Position numbers and translations under genes: made by a program
In this document: positions 37,401 to 46,747 of the stretch, one piece after another
Layout: each line of letters begins with the position of its first letter
Position numbering within the stretch: the stretch's first letter is position 1
The notes under the pieces: generated by a model
What the model was told of the DNA's origin: nothing
Databases searched by the model: none
Seen by the model: only the letters and a program-made list of their open reading frames with translations
DNA from: Candidatus Kapaibacterium sp.
Lineage (GTDB): Bacteria; Patescibacteriota; Patescibacteriia; UBA9934
Assembly (NCBI GenBank): GCA_044350705.1
Contig: JBILHA010000002.1
Span: forward strand, 178,295 to 242,294
Direction: 5' to 3'
DNA: 64,000 nt

Positions 37401-37808
37401 ATCAAAATTCGAGAGAAGCCCCCCTGCGCCTTCTATCGTTTCAGATAGAGATCCGATCGCTTCACCAGCAGCGCCCATTGCAAGCTCCTTCAGATACTCG
37501 CCATCAGGGGTGCCGTCAAAGAGCGGCTCTTCTGCCGAGCCTCCGGTTACAATGCGAACCGCCGCATCGTAGGCCAAGCGGTCAGCTGCAAATGAAACGG
37601 CATTCACCAATGCGGTCACAATTGCGGCCTGCATGGTGTTCGTTATGAAATCCGTCACTGCATTTTTAATCCACTCTAAGACACGAGGGGCGTCCGCTAC
37701 CGTGGAGTTTTGTGCGTACGCGATACGAGCCCCTGCTATCGGCGTTGCAATAAAAAATATCACCATCCATGCCGCAAAAAGCTTTTTCGCAAAACCGTTG
37801 AAATTCAT
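28440..37808 (-). CDS. Giant secreted protein (3122 aa), Cys- and Asp/Gly-rich, with thrombospondin type-3-like Ca-binding motifs; probable surface adhesin
   Basis: Uninterrupted 9.4-kb ORF with signal peptide MNFNGFAKKLFAAWMVIFFIATPIAGARIAYAQ. It contains several hundred Cys residues and DxDxDGxxD motifs (DDDGDGYYDWD, NIDDDGDSEPD, DTDGDGEYDE, DLDGDGEEEAD). No TM segment follows the signal. Confidence 0.85.
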   Translation of the reverse strand: MNFNGFAKKLFAAWMVIFFIATPIAGARIAYAQNSTVADAPRVLEWIKNAVTDFITNTMQAAIVTALVNAVSFAADRLAYDAAVRIVTGGSAEEPLFDGTPDGEYLKELAMGAAGEAIGSLSETIEGAGGLLSNFDLCAPSTPYILLQFKLGIKGVFDRPEPKCDFNKMFGPEGTWQAFIADLEGYKAPFKNQLVLAELANMYDPQKAEFGAGLGVYTDVFGETTFLPLIGVQKKLNDGGFKDIVDFITGNVETPADILSTQVKDAQKNSGDVRQQATFAMLGNKDLIRQVGIHAASVFTNTLLSKLQERIWMGLFDFDVTQVDPFDPESFALGTQQAAADRYRSLLTAAPLQITNYSILSEFITCPGSSTRGLYNCVADSNFVSAIARAESGAPLTIEEAIDDGLMNGDWPLIPSSDAARNQDAFCYTYGFCYGNLVKLRKARVISIGWELAANSSANSAESPVTLQEVINGFNSCGPDGLPDDNHPWCKMIDPDWVLKYPDTQCRMQAYGELLLTKEADERAQVCVDMPSCIAEDENGNCIGGYGYCVAEENTWQFRGESCPEYAASCLVFEDSAGDDIALLKNTVDPGPCTSDTVGCRWYNTVKEQQDDGTFAFAAIDDIAGADADSETYASRIYFNSQIEDCDEEEGGCSTLIERDTDLRLNVVLNPSFEEDDDSDDRPDGWFDYHLAGTSWPSTVSLDGSVAREGEVAISPGSGGRGALYQPGIELTQASTYTLSFYARQATDAGTDTVSVGLALKDEEGAGIDIEGLAIIGDCDDSYVDIFGATRTDGVGIENMQPEGTSYERFSCTFTVPPLPEPSLRVFGDLYVLAFDGYVDSMQLEQGEDTSTPVNGYSDTDYTTVVAKVAPAYLGCTGSEDDPAECANYAQVCSEQDMGCTMYTPTNGDPALSGIATELDSCPSECAGYDTYRQEATLYEPDGIDAVYFIPDTATECSAEEVGCDEFTNLATEEQEYYSFLRACVTETQAAGTEATYYTWEGSDEDGYQLQTWTLLESDLGSSSYTHTGTDGVTDTAPNLAPCSNWTATDDGITCNDSADDDGDGYYDWDTEDCNSRADIFTNADCREFYDESGNIHYREWTKTVTIHNSCQAYRKTEVAGETAAAQQITCEDSGGYYVGDSGECRYYGYPEESTSCDASANGCRAYAGGRSRNSRLVLEEIFESGTLNQWDAASASYATYSNESLASDGHSMLMTGPVTSFIADNGGTCTTEGGCAGTALSFGGECTIAENDGYCGTLHNELFAGKTYTVSVVAKGTGTLEVGFDFEADPSSPSIDLAFDSAVELEDGWQQITLGPLVMDAEDYPRFGEGTSLVLVPTGSAYVDNIVLREGEENITVIRDSWVTPASCDQSVTGDASPQYYLGCQEYTTQDDETEYLKSFSSLCDEDKVGCDAFFKTQESASHTAKTVNATCNNIDDDGDSEPDTATSATACYYFYESSADFDEASPYLCTIAVGESSCLFSMDGFTPAWGLGETAVSYGPETTIVPADQAMFLVVTDEVTCSASAAGCTEFGDPDWNQDRNSTDGAESVYFLNLPDEYDSTLCAHEELFCDAFTTNQAATYYFKHPLDQKCEYRTDVTIDGVGYTGWFREGTQDFCYGTCEDSGGNEGDACGSSADCGSGETCNAQNPSYVIGGDESGIWKNGDAGFGGWAGTCDATYDTCSEFQDTLAQDDGEIYGMSDGTSYFYLNNDTLSEYGLSDSQKCDGQVSLKNGCAMFYDTSSTSLTANASATEVSSRHADELFGTEPYGLVDPIDCENGGDTTITTSDGLEIDLCATRCIYDYGEVYDLTDGDTYRAKLASELSFGGDYDRDDLFVFGGSCVDSTDCALVESESGRSVEAVTCGTQVRVDPGLFGSLGFSAWMEDELNANFDWVPRQENDVNTVLKVNRDRACSEWLACASDNPRWDEDTASFINTCTDIELCTDYDATTGTSSCAEWDMEEPDVLFDKEWYASRDTSWYGNEYSGMAIPDLFPVQSLSQADVSPIAYCVYGASTASPSLASDSSCEAVGEACMAGSGICMSPEATEAAGLIDEVDYALVLDAGSCSEDYGNACAVGYCSSNGAACASSDQCGDGDCIVGACYDLDEDASGNPVLCQTAADCSEGQTCYSGTCAEVGNDVAIEDYDSETAEASTCSSAETFIPAAELKLGSCINSKCLLTPDGETYANGVTEGKICRAYPEGTSPFPNEVVEAWYDPSDQGTIDTDPTYDALPYDLLSGFENVEACAYGEVCDCSYTKVSFGEGMETRYYNQDWDPEFSICGGDLDGDGEEEADTDAGEICTDGSTCESGSCIAVADQLGVCQGGERSGGYCTEDEQCGDGSTCAKSTREDVIYGLNGFCLEKDTSLNILGDRTKQACISWLPVDRLQGDTDLQAKYASAGFFEDIYMCADVQAFSTITPSPSSVIQDGYTEGVACAESDDSSVGNDEDAWSTSDAACDQAVHCPEGFFAIMGARARGAGVSNNYSADTCRDGVGDNDCPYICVPENSAKYVESDGEVEYDYESCDPSEDSRISNEGTSNDGTRVWYASLNPKEGGGDTSSGSSDSEERTYGHFDTVADDYQDCKVRGIYMRGGEYAEADIFYDVLDITDYPQSDGADDTESSSGGTGYRNLWMNAPEIYADRFHDAMDENIACSVVVQVSSDDEGSYAWTDRVYNGHTLQSDLSSNVEYNQETTPGIFGAINLDKPVQEYEAPFYVAQCSDNYHGGDDITIATGVTFDSCPSGYPDVGTLGDPASELLQARSYIPFTFTGSWDGVGYGWDGHPYAYVSDTSSYYFYTATSEPLQYSLESITQVFASVADAALWIWKGDFTGEREYIDGDWEDVGDYFSVLPTETSLWADYDADDEAYDVRPAEGVPPTVWAVDVGSCSSDGLMCEEGTQSAITLNGQETGDQSGIQFFNATIKFYAAADKNQLPIRQVMIDWGDGMQTGSDDDENYFKNARGLQDGQQESKCDLDSEWGLTDESCDPYYFNYNHVYTCTSEVLRGDRCDDTDGDGEYDEFPCAIDETGDDAADSCVFRPRVHVRDNWGWCTGTCTDGNAIESSTSSYGTTSPGGCFVGMYNDANASSTMDYSECSYGIYPEQNSSINPWVEYDGVITVTP

Positions 37809-37823
37809 ACCTATACAGGATCA

Positions 37824-38570
37824 TTAGGGTGTGGTCACCGTTGTATTTTCTTCTCCTCCTGCTTCCACCTCCTCTCCTTCTTCTTGGTCAAGCTCTGTTA
37901 CCGCCTGTCCTAATGCCTCTTGATACAGCTGCATGACCTGCTCATCTGAGAGACTTGCCAGTACGTCCTGTTCAAGGCCTGAGTCTGCCAGGAGTGCGCG
38001 CACCTCCTCTACGGAAAGCTGCTGTAGTACTCCTACCGCATCTTCTACGGTGGGCACTTCAGCGCTTGGCGCTTCGGGAGCCTGCGCCTCTAAGAAGGCG
38101 GCGGTTGCTCCTGCCTGAATGGTTTCCGAGGTCACACAGGTTTTTCCCATTGCACAGTTCGGATCTCCTCCTGCTGCAATTTCCGCACCATCCGTTCTCC
38201 CATCGGAATCGCTGTCCGCGATATAGGGACTCGTTGCAAAGATGCGCAATTCATCGTAGTCAGAAATCCCATCGTTATCCGTGTCTGAAAGACGCTGCAT
38301 GGCTACTTGTTCACTTTCTTTCTCTGCGGATGTTACGTACCGAGGACCGGTATATGAAATGAGGAAAGGCTTTTTTACATTACTGAAGAAATGTAAGCCT
38401 CCAAAAATTACTGCCCCTACTCCACACGCAGCAATAAAACCAAAAGCCACGCGTTCTTCGCGTGATAATGATTTTTTTGACCGCTCAAGCAGTAAGCGTG
38501 CTCCGTTTTCTTCGGGCACTTCCCTCATATGCACGTCAAAGTATAACAAATGACGCACCCAAGTATTCAC
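37824..38570 (-). CDS. Membrane-anchored protein with two thrombospondin type-3-like (DxDxDG) motifs, encoded directly upstream of and co-oriented with the giant gene
   Basis: One TM (VAFGFIAACGVGAVIFGGLHFF), then DTDNDGISDYDE and DSDSDGRTDGAE, then an acidic tail. The alternative start MREVPEENG is at 38528. Confidence 0.55.
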   Translation of the reverse strand: MNTWVRHLLYFDVHMREVPEENGARLLLERSKKSLSREERVAFGFIAACGVGAVIFGGLHFFSNVKKPFLISYTGPRYVTSAEKESEQVAMQRLSDTDNDGISDYDELRIFATSPYIADSDSDGRTDGAEIAAGGDPNCAMGKTCVTSETIQAGATAAFLEAQAPEAPSAEVPTVEDAVGVLQQLSVEEVRALLADSGLEQDVLASLSDEQVMQLYQEALGQAVTELDQEEGEEVEAGGEENTTVTTP

Positions 38571-38597
38571 TTGTAATGCGCCATGTGTGCATAGCTT

Positions 38598-39401
38598 CTA
38601 TTTTCGGTGTTCATCGATCGTCGCCCAAGCGGCCAAAGGAAGTTCTTCAGGTCGAGCAAGTGCGCTCAAGCCATACGATTCAAGCACCTCACCCAGACGT
38701 TCCTTCTCCCCTACCCCTTCTTGCGCGAGCGTTTGTCTCAGTTGCTTTCGTGCATGCGCGAATCCTTTTTTTGCGAGAGCAACTACGCGTTTTGCTTTCT
38801 CGCTTGCATACATCTCGCGGTGCGTCAGCAGGATTACGATCGAATCCACCTTTGGCGGAGGAACAAATGCGCCCGGCTTTACGGTGCACACCCGCCTTCC
38901 CTCTGTCTTTACTTGTATTGCTACCGATAATAAGCTCATATCTGGCGGCGTTGCGAGCATACGTTCTCCCACCTCTTTCTGCAGCATGATCACCGCCGCA
39001 AGCGGAGGATGTTCTCCCCAAAATGCTTCGTTTACGATTGCGGTTCCTGCGTTATACGGCAAATTTCCTACCAATACCCATGGTTTTCCTTGGGTATGTT
39101 TCTTCCAGTCCGCATGCGTTGCGTCGGCGTTTACGATATGCGCATCAGGAAAGCGCTCTTCAAGCTCTGGAAGCAAGTCGCGATCAAGCTCAACAAGCAT
39201 GAGATCTGTTGTTTTTCCCATTTGTTGGAGCTTTTCATAGAGAGGACCGGTGAGCGCGCCATGTCCTGGCCCTACCTCTACAATCTTCTCTGCTTTTTCC
39301 CATGGCACTGCGGCAAGTATTTTTTTTATTACCGATGCATCACGCAAAAAATGCTGTCCAAAACGTTTTTTAGCGCCCAAAGGTTGTTTTATACCATGCA
39401 T
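38598..39401 (-). CDS. rsmA: 16S rRNA (adenine1518-N6/adenine1519-N6)-dimethyltransferase RsmA/KsgA
   Basis: FGQHFL, VVEVGPGHGALT and NLPYN motifs. Confidence 0.85.
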   Translation of the reverse strand: MHGIKQPLGAKKRFGQHFLRDASVIKKILAAVPWEKAEKIVEVGPGHGALTGPLYEKLQQMGKTTDLMLVELDRDLLPELEERFPDAHIVNADATHADWKKHTQGKPWVLVGNLPYNAGTAIVNEAFWGEHPPLAAVIMLQKEVGERMLATPPDMSLLSVAIQVKTEGRRVCTVKPGAFVPPPKVDSIVILLTHREMYASEKAKRVVALAKKGFAHARKQLRQTLAQEGVGEKERLGEVLESYGLSALARPEELPLAAWATIDEHRK

Positions 39402-40311
39402 AGGTTTCTTTGAGGCCATCTTCAAAGGTTACGCGTGCTTCCCAAGCGAGTACGGCCTTGGCAGATGCGGGATCAATACTACTTCTGCGCACCTCCCCTC
39501 TTCTTTCTGGAGCAAAAAGGAAGGGATGATCCGTGCCATGAATTTTCAGGAGCGCATCGATCAACTCTTGTATGGTTATTTCACTTCCTGTACCTGCATT
39601 TACGATGCCTGAAAATGGCGATGCTGCCGCTTTTACGAGGATTGCCACTGCGTCGCTGACGTGCAGATAGTCACGACTTGCTGATCCATCACCAAATACC
39701 GTGAATGGTTCCCCGGTTACTAAAAGCTTTTCTAAGAAGAGCGAGATGACATTTCCTTCCCCGATCGGCTTTGCTACCTGCTGACGCGAACCGTATAAAT
39801 TTGCAAAACGCACCGATACCCAAGGAAGATCATGGGTTCTCTTTGCACTTGCAAGGTAGTATTCAAATGCCTGTTTTCCAATGCCGTAGGGCGAGAGCGG
39901 CTGCGCATCTTCTATGAGCGGCGTGGGGAGCATGGGATTGTCGCCGTAAATTGCCCCTCCCGATGAGGCGAATACAAATTTCCCTATTCCTGCATCTTTG
40001 CACCACTCCAGCAATCGAATTGATGCAAGGACATTCCGCTTTGCATCTTCAATAGGAAAAATGACTGATTTCGTCACACTGATTTGCGCCGCAAGGTGGA
40101 AAACGACATCTGGCCTTACTTCCATAATCACTTCCCGCACATGCGGGTCCGTAAAATCAAGCGCATGTACCTCTGCGCTCTTTGGAAGAAAGCGGACTTT
40201 TTCTCGCCGATGATGATCGACGATGATCACTCGATCGCCTTTTTCTGCATAATAGTCTGCAAGGTGTGAGCCGAGAAATCCCGCACCTCCGGTAATGAGT
40301 ATAGTTGCCAT
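39370..40311 (-). CDS. NAD-dependent epimerase/dehydratase (extended SDR; GalE/UXS-like), paralog 1
   Basis: TGGAGFLGSH Rossmann motif and a catalytic YGIGK (YxxxK). Confidence 0.8.
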   Translation of the reverse strand: MATILITGGAGFLGSHLADYYAEKGDRVIIVDHHRREKVRFLPKSAEVHALDFTDPHVREVIMEVRPDVVFHLAAQISVTKSVIFPIEDAKRNVLASIRLLEWCKDAGIGKFVFASSGGAIYGDNPMLPTPLIEDAQPLSPYGIGKQAFEYYLASAKRTHDLPWVSVRFANLYGSRQQVAKPIGEGNVISLFLEKLLVTGEPFTVFGDGSASRDYLHVSDAVAILVKAAASPFSGIVNAGTGSEITIQELIDALLKIHGTDHPFLFAPERRGEVRRSSIDPASAKAVLAWEARVTFEDGLKETYAWYKTTFGR

Positions 40312-40313
40312 AG

Positions 40314-41237
40314 TTATGCTCTGCCTTGCGCCTTATACCACTGCACGGTTTCTTCTATCCCCTGCTCGATGCCTCTTTCCGGCCTCCAACCTAACACCTG
40401 CTCCGCTTTTTTGGCAGAGAGCGCAATTCGCGCAACCGCATCCGTCACTTCAGGACGCGAAAGAGCGGAAGCATTTCCTCCTACGGCCTGCGCCACGCGA
40501 TCGAATATTTCCTTGGTTGTTGTTTCTTTTCCTGTACCCACATTCATGACCGTTTCTTCCGTATTTTCCAGCGCAAGCAGGAAGGCACGAGTCACATCGG
40601 CAACATGCACATAATCTCTCGTCGTTTCTCCCGTGCCATTGATAAATGGTTGCTCGCCTTGGAGAAGTTTTTTTGTAAAAATCGCGATCGCCCCACACTC
40701 CTTGCTGCCGTCTTGGCGAGGTCCATACACATTCGCGAGACGTAACGCGCAACCGGATAAACCTAACTGAAGAGAAAAATACCGAAGGTACCGCTCGCCC
40801 GTGAGCTTGCTTACCGCATAGGGAGTTAGCGGACGACAGATTGCGTCTTCGGAAATCGGGAGATTTTCTTGTTCTCCGTAGGTTACTCCCGTGGAGGCGA
40901 AGACTACGCGCCTTGCCCCTGCAACACGTGCGGCATCGAGTACATTAATTGTTCCGATAATATTATGATCCGCATTTTCGACTGGCTCAATCACCGATGC
41001 ACGATCATCTACGTGTGCGGCAAGGTGTATCACCGCCTCAGGGTGCACATCGATACATACATCAGCGAGATGCTCATCTCGAATATCTCTTTGTATATAT
41101 GTCGCTGCGGTATTTCCCCAAAGAGGGTGTGGCGGCGCAATATCTATCACGGTTACTTCATCGCCTCGCGCAATAAGCGCGTCAACGATGTGCGACCCGA
41201 TGAACCCCGCTCCTCCTGTGACGATGATTGATGCCAT
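40314..41237 (-). CDS. NAD-dependent epimerase/dehydratase (extended SDR), paralog 2
   Basis: TGGAGFIGSH and a catalytic YAVSK. It is in tandem with paralog 1. Confidence 0.8.
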   Translation of the reverse strand: MASIIVTGGAGFIGSHIVDALIARGDEVTVIDIAPPHPLWGNTAATYIQRDIRDEHLADVCIDVHPEAVIHLAAHVDDRASVIEPVENADHNIIGTINVLDAARVAGARRVVFASTGVTYGEQENLPISEDAICRPLTPYAVSKLTGERYLRYFSLQLGLSGCALRLANVYGPRQDGSKECGAIAIFTKKLLQGEQPFINGTGETTRDYVHVADVTRAFLLALENTEETVMNVGTGKETTTKEIFDRVAQAVGGNASALSRPEVTDAVARIALSAKKAEQVLGWRPERGIEQGIEETVQWYKAQGRA

Positions 41238-41239
41238 AT

Positions 41240-42364
41240 TTATAGACGTTCTTGAGCGCTTTCTTGCCTCTTTTCTTCTCGGAGGTATGCTTCGATAAAA
41301 GGAAGAATCTCTCCTCCTAACACCGCCTCGGTGTCGGTCGTTTCCTCATCTGTTCGATGATCTTTCACCATTTTATACGGATGCAGAACATAGCTGCGAA
41401 TCTGGTTTCCCCATGCCGCAGTCTTGTGTTCACCCTTTACGTCTGCAATCTTCTCCGCTCGAGCTTCCACCATAATACGGTATAGTTTCGCCTTCAAGAG
41501 ACGCATCGCGATATCTTTGTTCTGTGACTGTGAACGCTCATTTTGGCAGGCTACCGCGATTCCCGTCGGGATATGCGTAATACGCACCGCGGAATACGTG
41601 GTGTTTACTGACTGTCCACCCTTTCCCGAGGACATAAACGTATCAATGCGCAGGTCATCAGGATCAAGCTCAATAGAAGCTGCATCAACTTCCGCAAATT
41701 CAGGGACTACTTCACAGAGCGCAAAGGTTGTATGGCGCATTTGCTCTGCATCGAATGGAGAGATGCGTACGAGCCGGTGTACCCCATGCTCACTCTTGAG
41801 ATACCCGTATGCATGGCGGCCACGCACGACGAGTGTAATACTCTTGTATCCCGCAACTTCTGCGGGAGATTCTTCCAATATCTCCACCGACCATCCCTGC
41901 TTTTCTGCAAAGCGCGTATACATGCGCAGCAGCATGGCTACCCAGTCGTTCGCATCCGTTCCTCCTGCTCCAGCGTGCAGAGATAACATGGCATTGCGCG
42001 CATCGAACTCTCCTGAAAACAGCATCTGAAATTCCATGCCTGCGAAACGCGTTTCCAGGTCTTCTATCCCTTTTTCTACCTGCTCTTTCATCCCTTGTTC
42101 TTCCCCTTCCTCAATAAGATCCAAGAGATCCCTTTGATCTTCGACTTCTTTTTTTAGCGCCTTCCATGATTCCGCTTCTTTCTTAAGATCTGCCGCTTCT
42201 TGAGAAATTACTCTCGCTTTTTCAGGATTATTCCAAAATGCAGGATCATTCATCTCGTTTTCCAATTCTTGAACACGCGCTAAAACGGCATCAAGCCGCA
42301 AGGTTTCCCAAGCGGCCTGAATACGTTTTTCTAACTCCTGAATTCGATCTGCAAGATGCGACAT
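41240..42364 (-). CDS. prfB: Peptide chain release factor 2
   Basis: SPF tripeptide (RISPFD) and the GGQ motif (SGKGGQSVNTT). The ORF is a single continuous frame with no +1 frameshift site. Confidence 0.85.
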   Translation of the reverse strand: MSHLADRIQELEKRIQAAWETLRLDAVLARVQELENEMNDPAFWNNPEKARVISQEAADLKKEAESWKALKKEVEDQRDLLDLIEEGEEQGMKEQVEKGIEDLETRFAGMEFQMLFSGEFDARNAMLSLHAGAGGTDANDWVAMLLRMYTRFAEKQGWSVEILEESPAEVAGYKSITLVVRGRHAYGYLKSEHGVHRLVRISPFDAEQMRHTTFALCEVVPEFAEVDAASIELDPDDLRIDTFMSSGKGGQSVNTTYSAVRITHIPTGIAVACQNERSQSQNKDIAMRLLKAKLYRIMVEARAEKIADVKGEHKTAAWGNQIRSYVLHPYKMVKDHRTDEETTDTEAVLGGEILPFIEAYLREEKRQESAQERL

Positions 42365-42366
42365 GC

Positions 42367-42723
42367 TTACAGCTTAATCTCTTTTGCAAATTTTCCTACT
42401 AAAGGAAGCTCCCACTTTTCTCCCTTATACGCATGCCATGCTCCTCCCACAATAAGCACAAATACAAACAGGTTATACGCCATGACTACCAGTCCTCCAA
42501 TAATCGGAATGAGCATTGCAACGATGGGACTGAGAATTCCTCCAATTACGGAAAGGATGGTCACGATAAGTCCCTGTTTGCCATGCCATACGGAATATTC
42601 ATCTTTCTTTCCTAAGTACAGGGGTACAAAAAACAACGGCGGAAGATAGCCAACGGCTGCAAAAAGGCGTGACTGTTCATCAGGCGCACCAGGGATGACC
42701 GTGTTTTCTGGAGTGGTGTTCAT
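42367..42723 (-). CDS. Small membrane protein, DUF4870-like
   Basis: 118 aa, 3 TM, with conserved ...YLPPLFFVPLY...WHGKQGL... features resembling the DUF4870 family. Confidence 0.5.
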   Translation of the reverse strand: MNTTPENTVIPGAPDEQSRLFAAVGYLPPLFFVPLYLGKKDEYSVWHGKQGLIVTILSVIGGILSPIVAMLIPIIGGLVVMAYNLFVFVLIVGGAWHAYKGEKWELPLVGKFAKEIKL

Positions 42724-42830
42724 ATGGATAAAGGGTACCAGATCAGCTTTTGCGCGCCAACATTTTCTTGATTTTTTTGCTATTTTCTGCTAAATTCTTG
42801 CCGCACAGTTCCGTGCATTCGGAGGTCCTC

Positions 42831-43382
42831 ATGGACGAAATCTCGGGGCCTCACGGCCCCCACCAGCTCCCCGCGGTCCCGGTGGAGCGCCCGACCGGCC
42901 TTGTGGCCAGTACGGTCCACGACGCTGCTGAGCGTCTGCGCCCGCACTGGCCCGGCGTGGCCGATTGGGCGCAACGGCATGTGTGGGCCGCGGTCTTCAG
43001 CAGCATCGGCTCCGCGGTCGGCACCCTGCTCATCGTCGATCTTCTCGTCGTCCGCGGGCTCTCGAGCCTTGCGGAATACAAGGAGACCGAACCGATCTCG
43101 CCACTGCCGGTCGAGGTCAGCATTGCCCCCGCCGCCGACCCTTCCCTGATCGCCCCCGGCGAGCAGAAGTACACGGTGAAGCGCAACGACACCCTGAGCG
43201 ACATCGCGGAGAAGCACGAGGTCGCGCTCAGCGCCCTGCGCGAGCGCAACGCGGTCACGCTCGAGGCCTGGCGCGCTCAGTGCCTCGAGAACGCCAAGCT
43301 TCAGCCCGGAGCCTGCCCGGACGTCGTGTTCAAGGGCGGGAAGCTCATCATCCCCGCCCCGCAGGCCGTCAGCCCGGAGTAA
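42831..43382 (+). CDS. Membrane-anchored LysM-domain protein; high-GC gene
   Basis: SD GGAGG 5 nt upstream of the ATG; one TM (VWAAVFSSIGSAVGTLLIVDLLVV). The LysM motif is YTVKRNDTLSDIAEKHEVALSALRERN. GC is about 68%. A local AT-rich promoter TTGATT-17-TAAATT lies at about 42765-42795. Confidence 0.7.
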   Translation: MDEISGPHGPHQLPAVPVERPTGLVASTVHDAAERLRPHWPGVADWAQRHVWAAVFSSIGSAVGTLLIVDLLVVRGLSSLAEYKETEPISPLPVEVSIAPAADPSLIAPGEQKYTVKRNDTLSDIAEKHEVALSALRERNAVTLEAWRAQCLENAKLQPGACPDVVFKGGKLIIPAPQAVSPE

Positions 43383-43485
43383 GCATGACTCCGGGCATCA
43401 GAGTCCGCATCGCTCGATTCTTCGGGTGGTGCCGGAACTCTCGTCACGCCGTATCCCATCCGTGGGGTGCGGCGTTTATGCTTTT

Positions 43486-43522
43486 AAAAGAAAGGAACGC
43501 CCGTGTACGGACGTTCTTTTCT

Positions 43523-43524
<2 letters not shown>
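43486..43524. terminator. Bidirectional terminator between the LysM gene and groEL
   Basis: AAAGAAAGGAACG-loop-CGTTCTTTTCTTT: a 13-bp stem with one mismatch. Confidence 0.55.
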
Positions 43525-45441
<1,917 letters not shown>

Positions 45442-45490
45442 AGGGATGAAATTAACTTTTTTTGTACAACGATTTTTGCAAAACTAGCAA

Positions 45491-46747
45491 TCACCTGTCA
45501 AGACTGCTAATAAACAGGCCTGCGGCTGTCGCAGTGTACGCCATTCCACTCCACGACGTCCACAATGCGTGATCAAACCATACGAGCGACCAAAGCACGA
45601 TCAGCAAGGGCGCTCCTCTGAGTCCGATTTTTTTTCCTTCCTCCCACGAGTACTTTCTTGCAAGAACCACGCAGAGCACCACCCCTCCCCCGATCATGAG
45701 TAATCCCCCTTCGGCAATGATGAGCAGGAGCGTGTGGTGGATGGGCTGATATGTCCAAGCGGGCATCGAAGCACCATGCATCTCCGCCAAAGCATCTGCG
45801 TATCGATATATCCCCGTTCCCAATAAGCCATGTTCTTGCATCACCCTTCCCCACTCCTGCACTTGCAGTACCCGCTCCGTCAGCGATCTTTGCTCTAGCG
45901 CTGACCGTCCGCGGACTGCCAACATTCCGGGAGATAGAAACTGTAGAAGCCATACTATCACCGGTACGAGCACTATTCCTTTTATGAGATTTCTTTTGTG
46001 CTCCCTTATGGCATACACCATCAGCATCGCACATCCCAGTGCCAGGGCCGCACTCCGAGAAATCAAAAACGCCCCTCCAAGCATCGCCCCTATTCCTACA
46101 GCTGCATGCACTTTTTTCATTTGCTCAGCAAACAACGTCATCATCATTCCCCCAACCAACGCGAGAGCTGTGCCAAAGATGTTTGGATGCGGAAACGCCC
46201 CGTACATCCGTAACACTCGTTCACCTTTTATGAGGATGACTGCATCCCCCACCTGCTCAGCGCTTCGCGCTGCTAAGCCGAGAACGCTCCTTGCAGGCAT
46301 CATTCCTTGCACGACCTGCCAAATTCCCAGCATGAGCGAAGGCACAAGACCCGCAACGAATGCCAAACAGAGTGAGGATATATTTTTTTTCGCGCTCCGG
46401 TATACCGCGTATCCGAGCCCCAATGCACTGACGAAATTGAGTATCCAGGCATGTGTTTCCGTGGGATACGTCAGTATAAAAAGTCCCCCAAGGAAAATCA
46501 CCGTGGCAATGCTTACCGGAAGCATCAAAGTTTTTTTCTTTTCTTCTTCCAGCTGTGCAAGCCCCAGGAGTACCGCAGCGAGGACGCTCAGCACCATGGT
46601 CGCGTAAAGGCTTATTACTCCAAATTCACCCTCGGTGGTCCCTACCCATGGACGCCAAAAAATATATCTCGTTTGCCAGGGCAGAACTGCAAGCGTCATG
46701 ATCGTCAGATACCTTCCTCCATGCTCGAAAAGTTCTTTCCCCTTCAT
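45491..46747 (-). CDS. O-antigen ligase/polymerase-family membrane protein (Wzy_C domain)
   Basis: 418 aa, about 10 TM, with a large loop containing RMYGAFPHPNIFGTALAL typical of WaaL/Wzy_C. Confidence 0.65.
   Translation of the reverse strand: MKGKELFEHGGRYLTIMTLAVLPWQTRYIFWRPWVGTTEGEFGVISLYATMVLSVLAAVLLGLAQLEEEKKKTLMLPVSIATVIFLGGLFILTYPTETHAWILNFVSALGLGYAVYRSAKKNISSLCLAFVAGLVPSLMLGIWQVVQGMMPARSVLGLAARSAEQVGDAVILIKGERVLRMYGAFPHPNIFGTALALVGGMMMTLFAEQMKKVHAAVGIGAMLGGAFLISRSAALALGCAMLMVYAIREHKRNLIKGIVLVPVIVWLLQFLSPGMLAVRGRSALEQRSLTERVLQVQEWGRVMQEHGLLGTGIYRYADALAEMHGASMPAWTYQPIHHTLLLIIAEGGLLMIGGGVVLCVVLARKYSWEEGKKIGLRGAPLLIVLWSLVWFDHALWTSWSGMAYTATAAGLFISSLDR

Noticed and set aside
41240-42364. 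Programmed +1 frameshift in prfB
   Set aside because: The RF2 ORF is continuous from an ATG with no internal in-frame UGA/CUU-UGA shift site, so there is no autoregulatory frameshift here.
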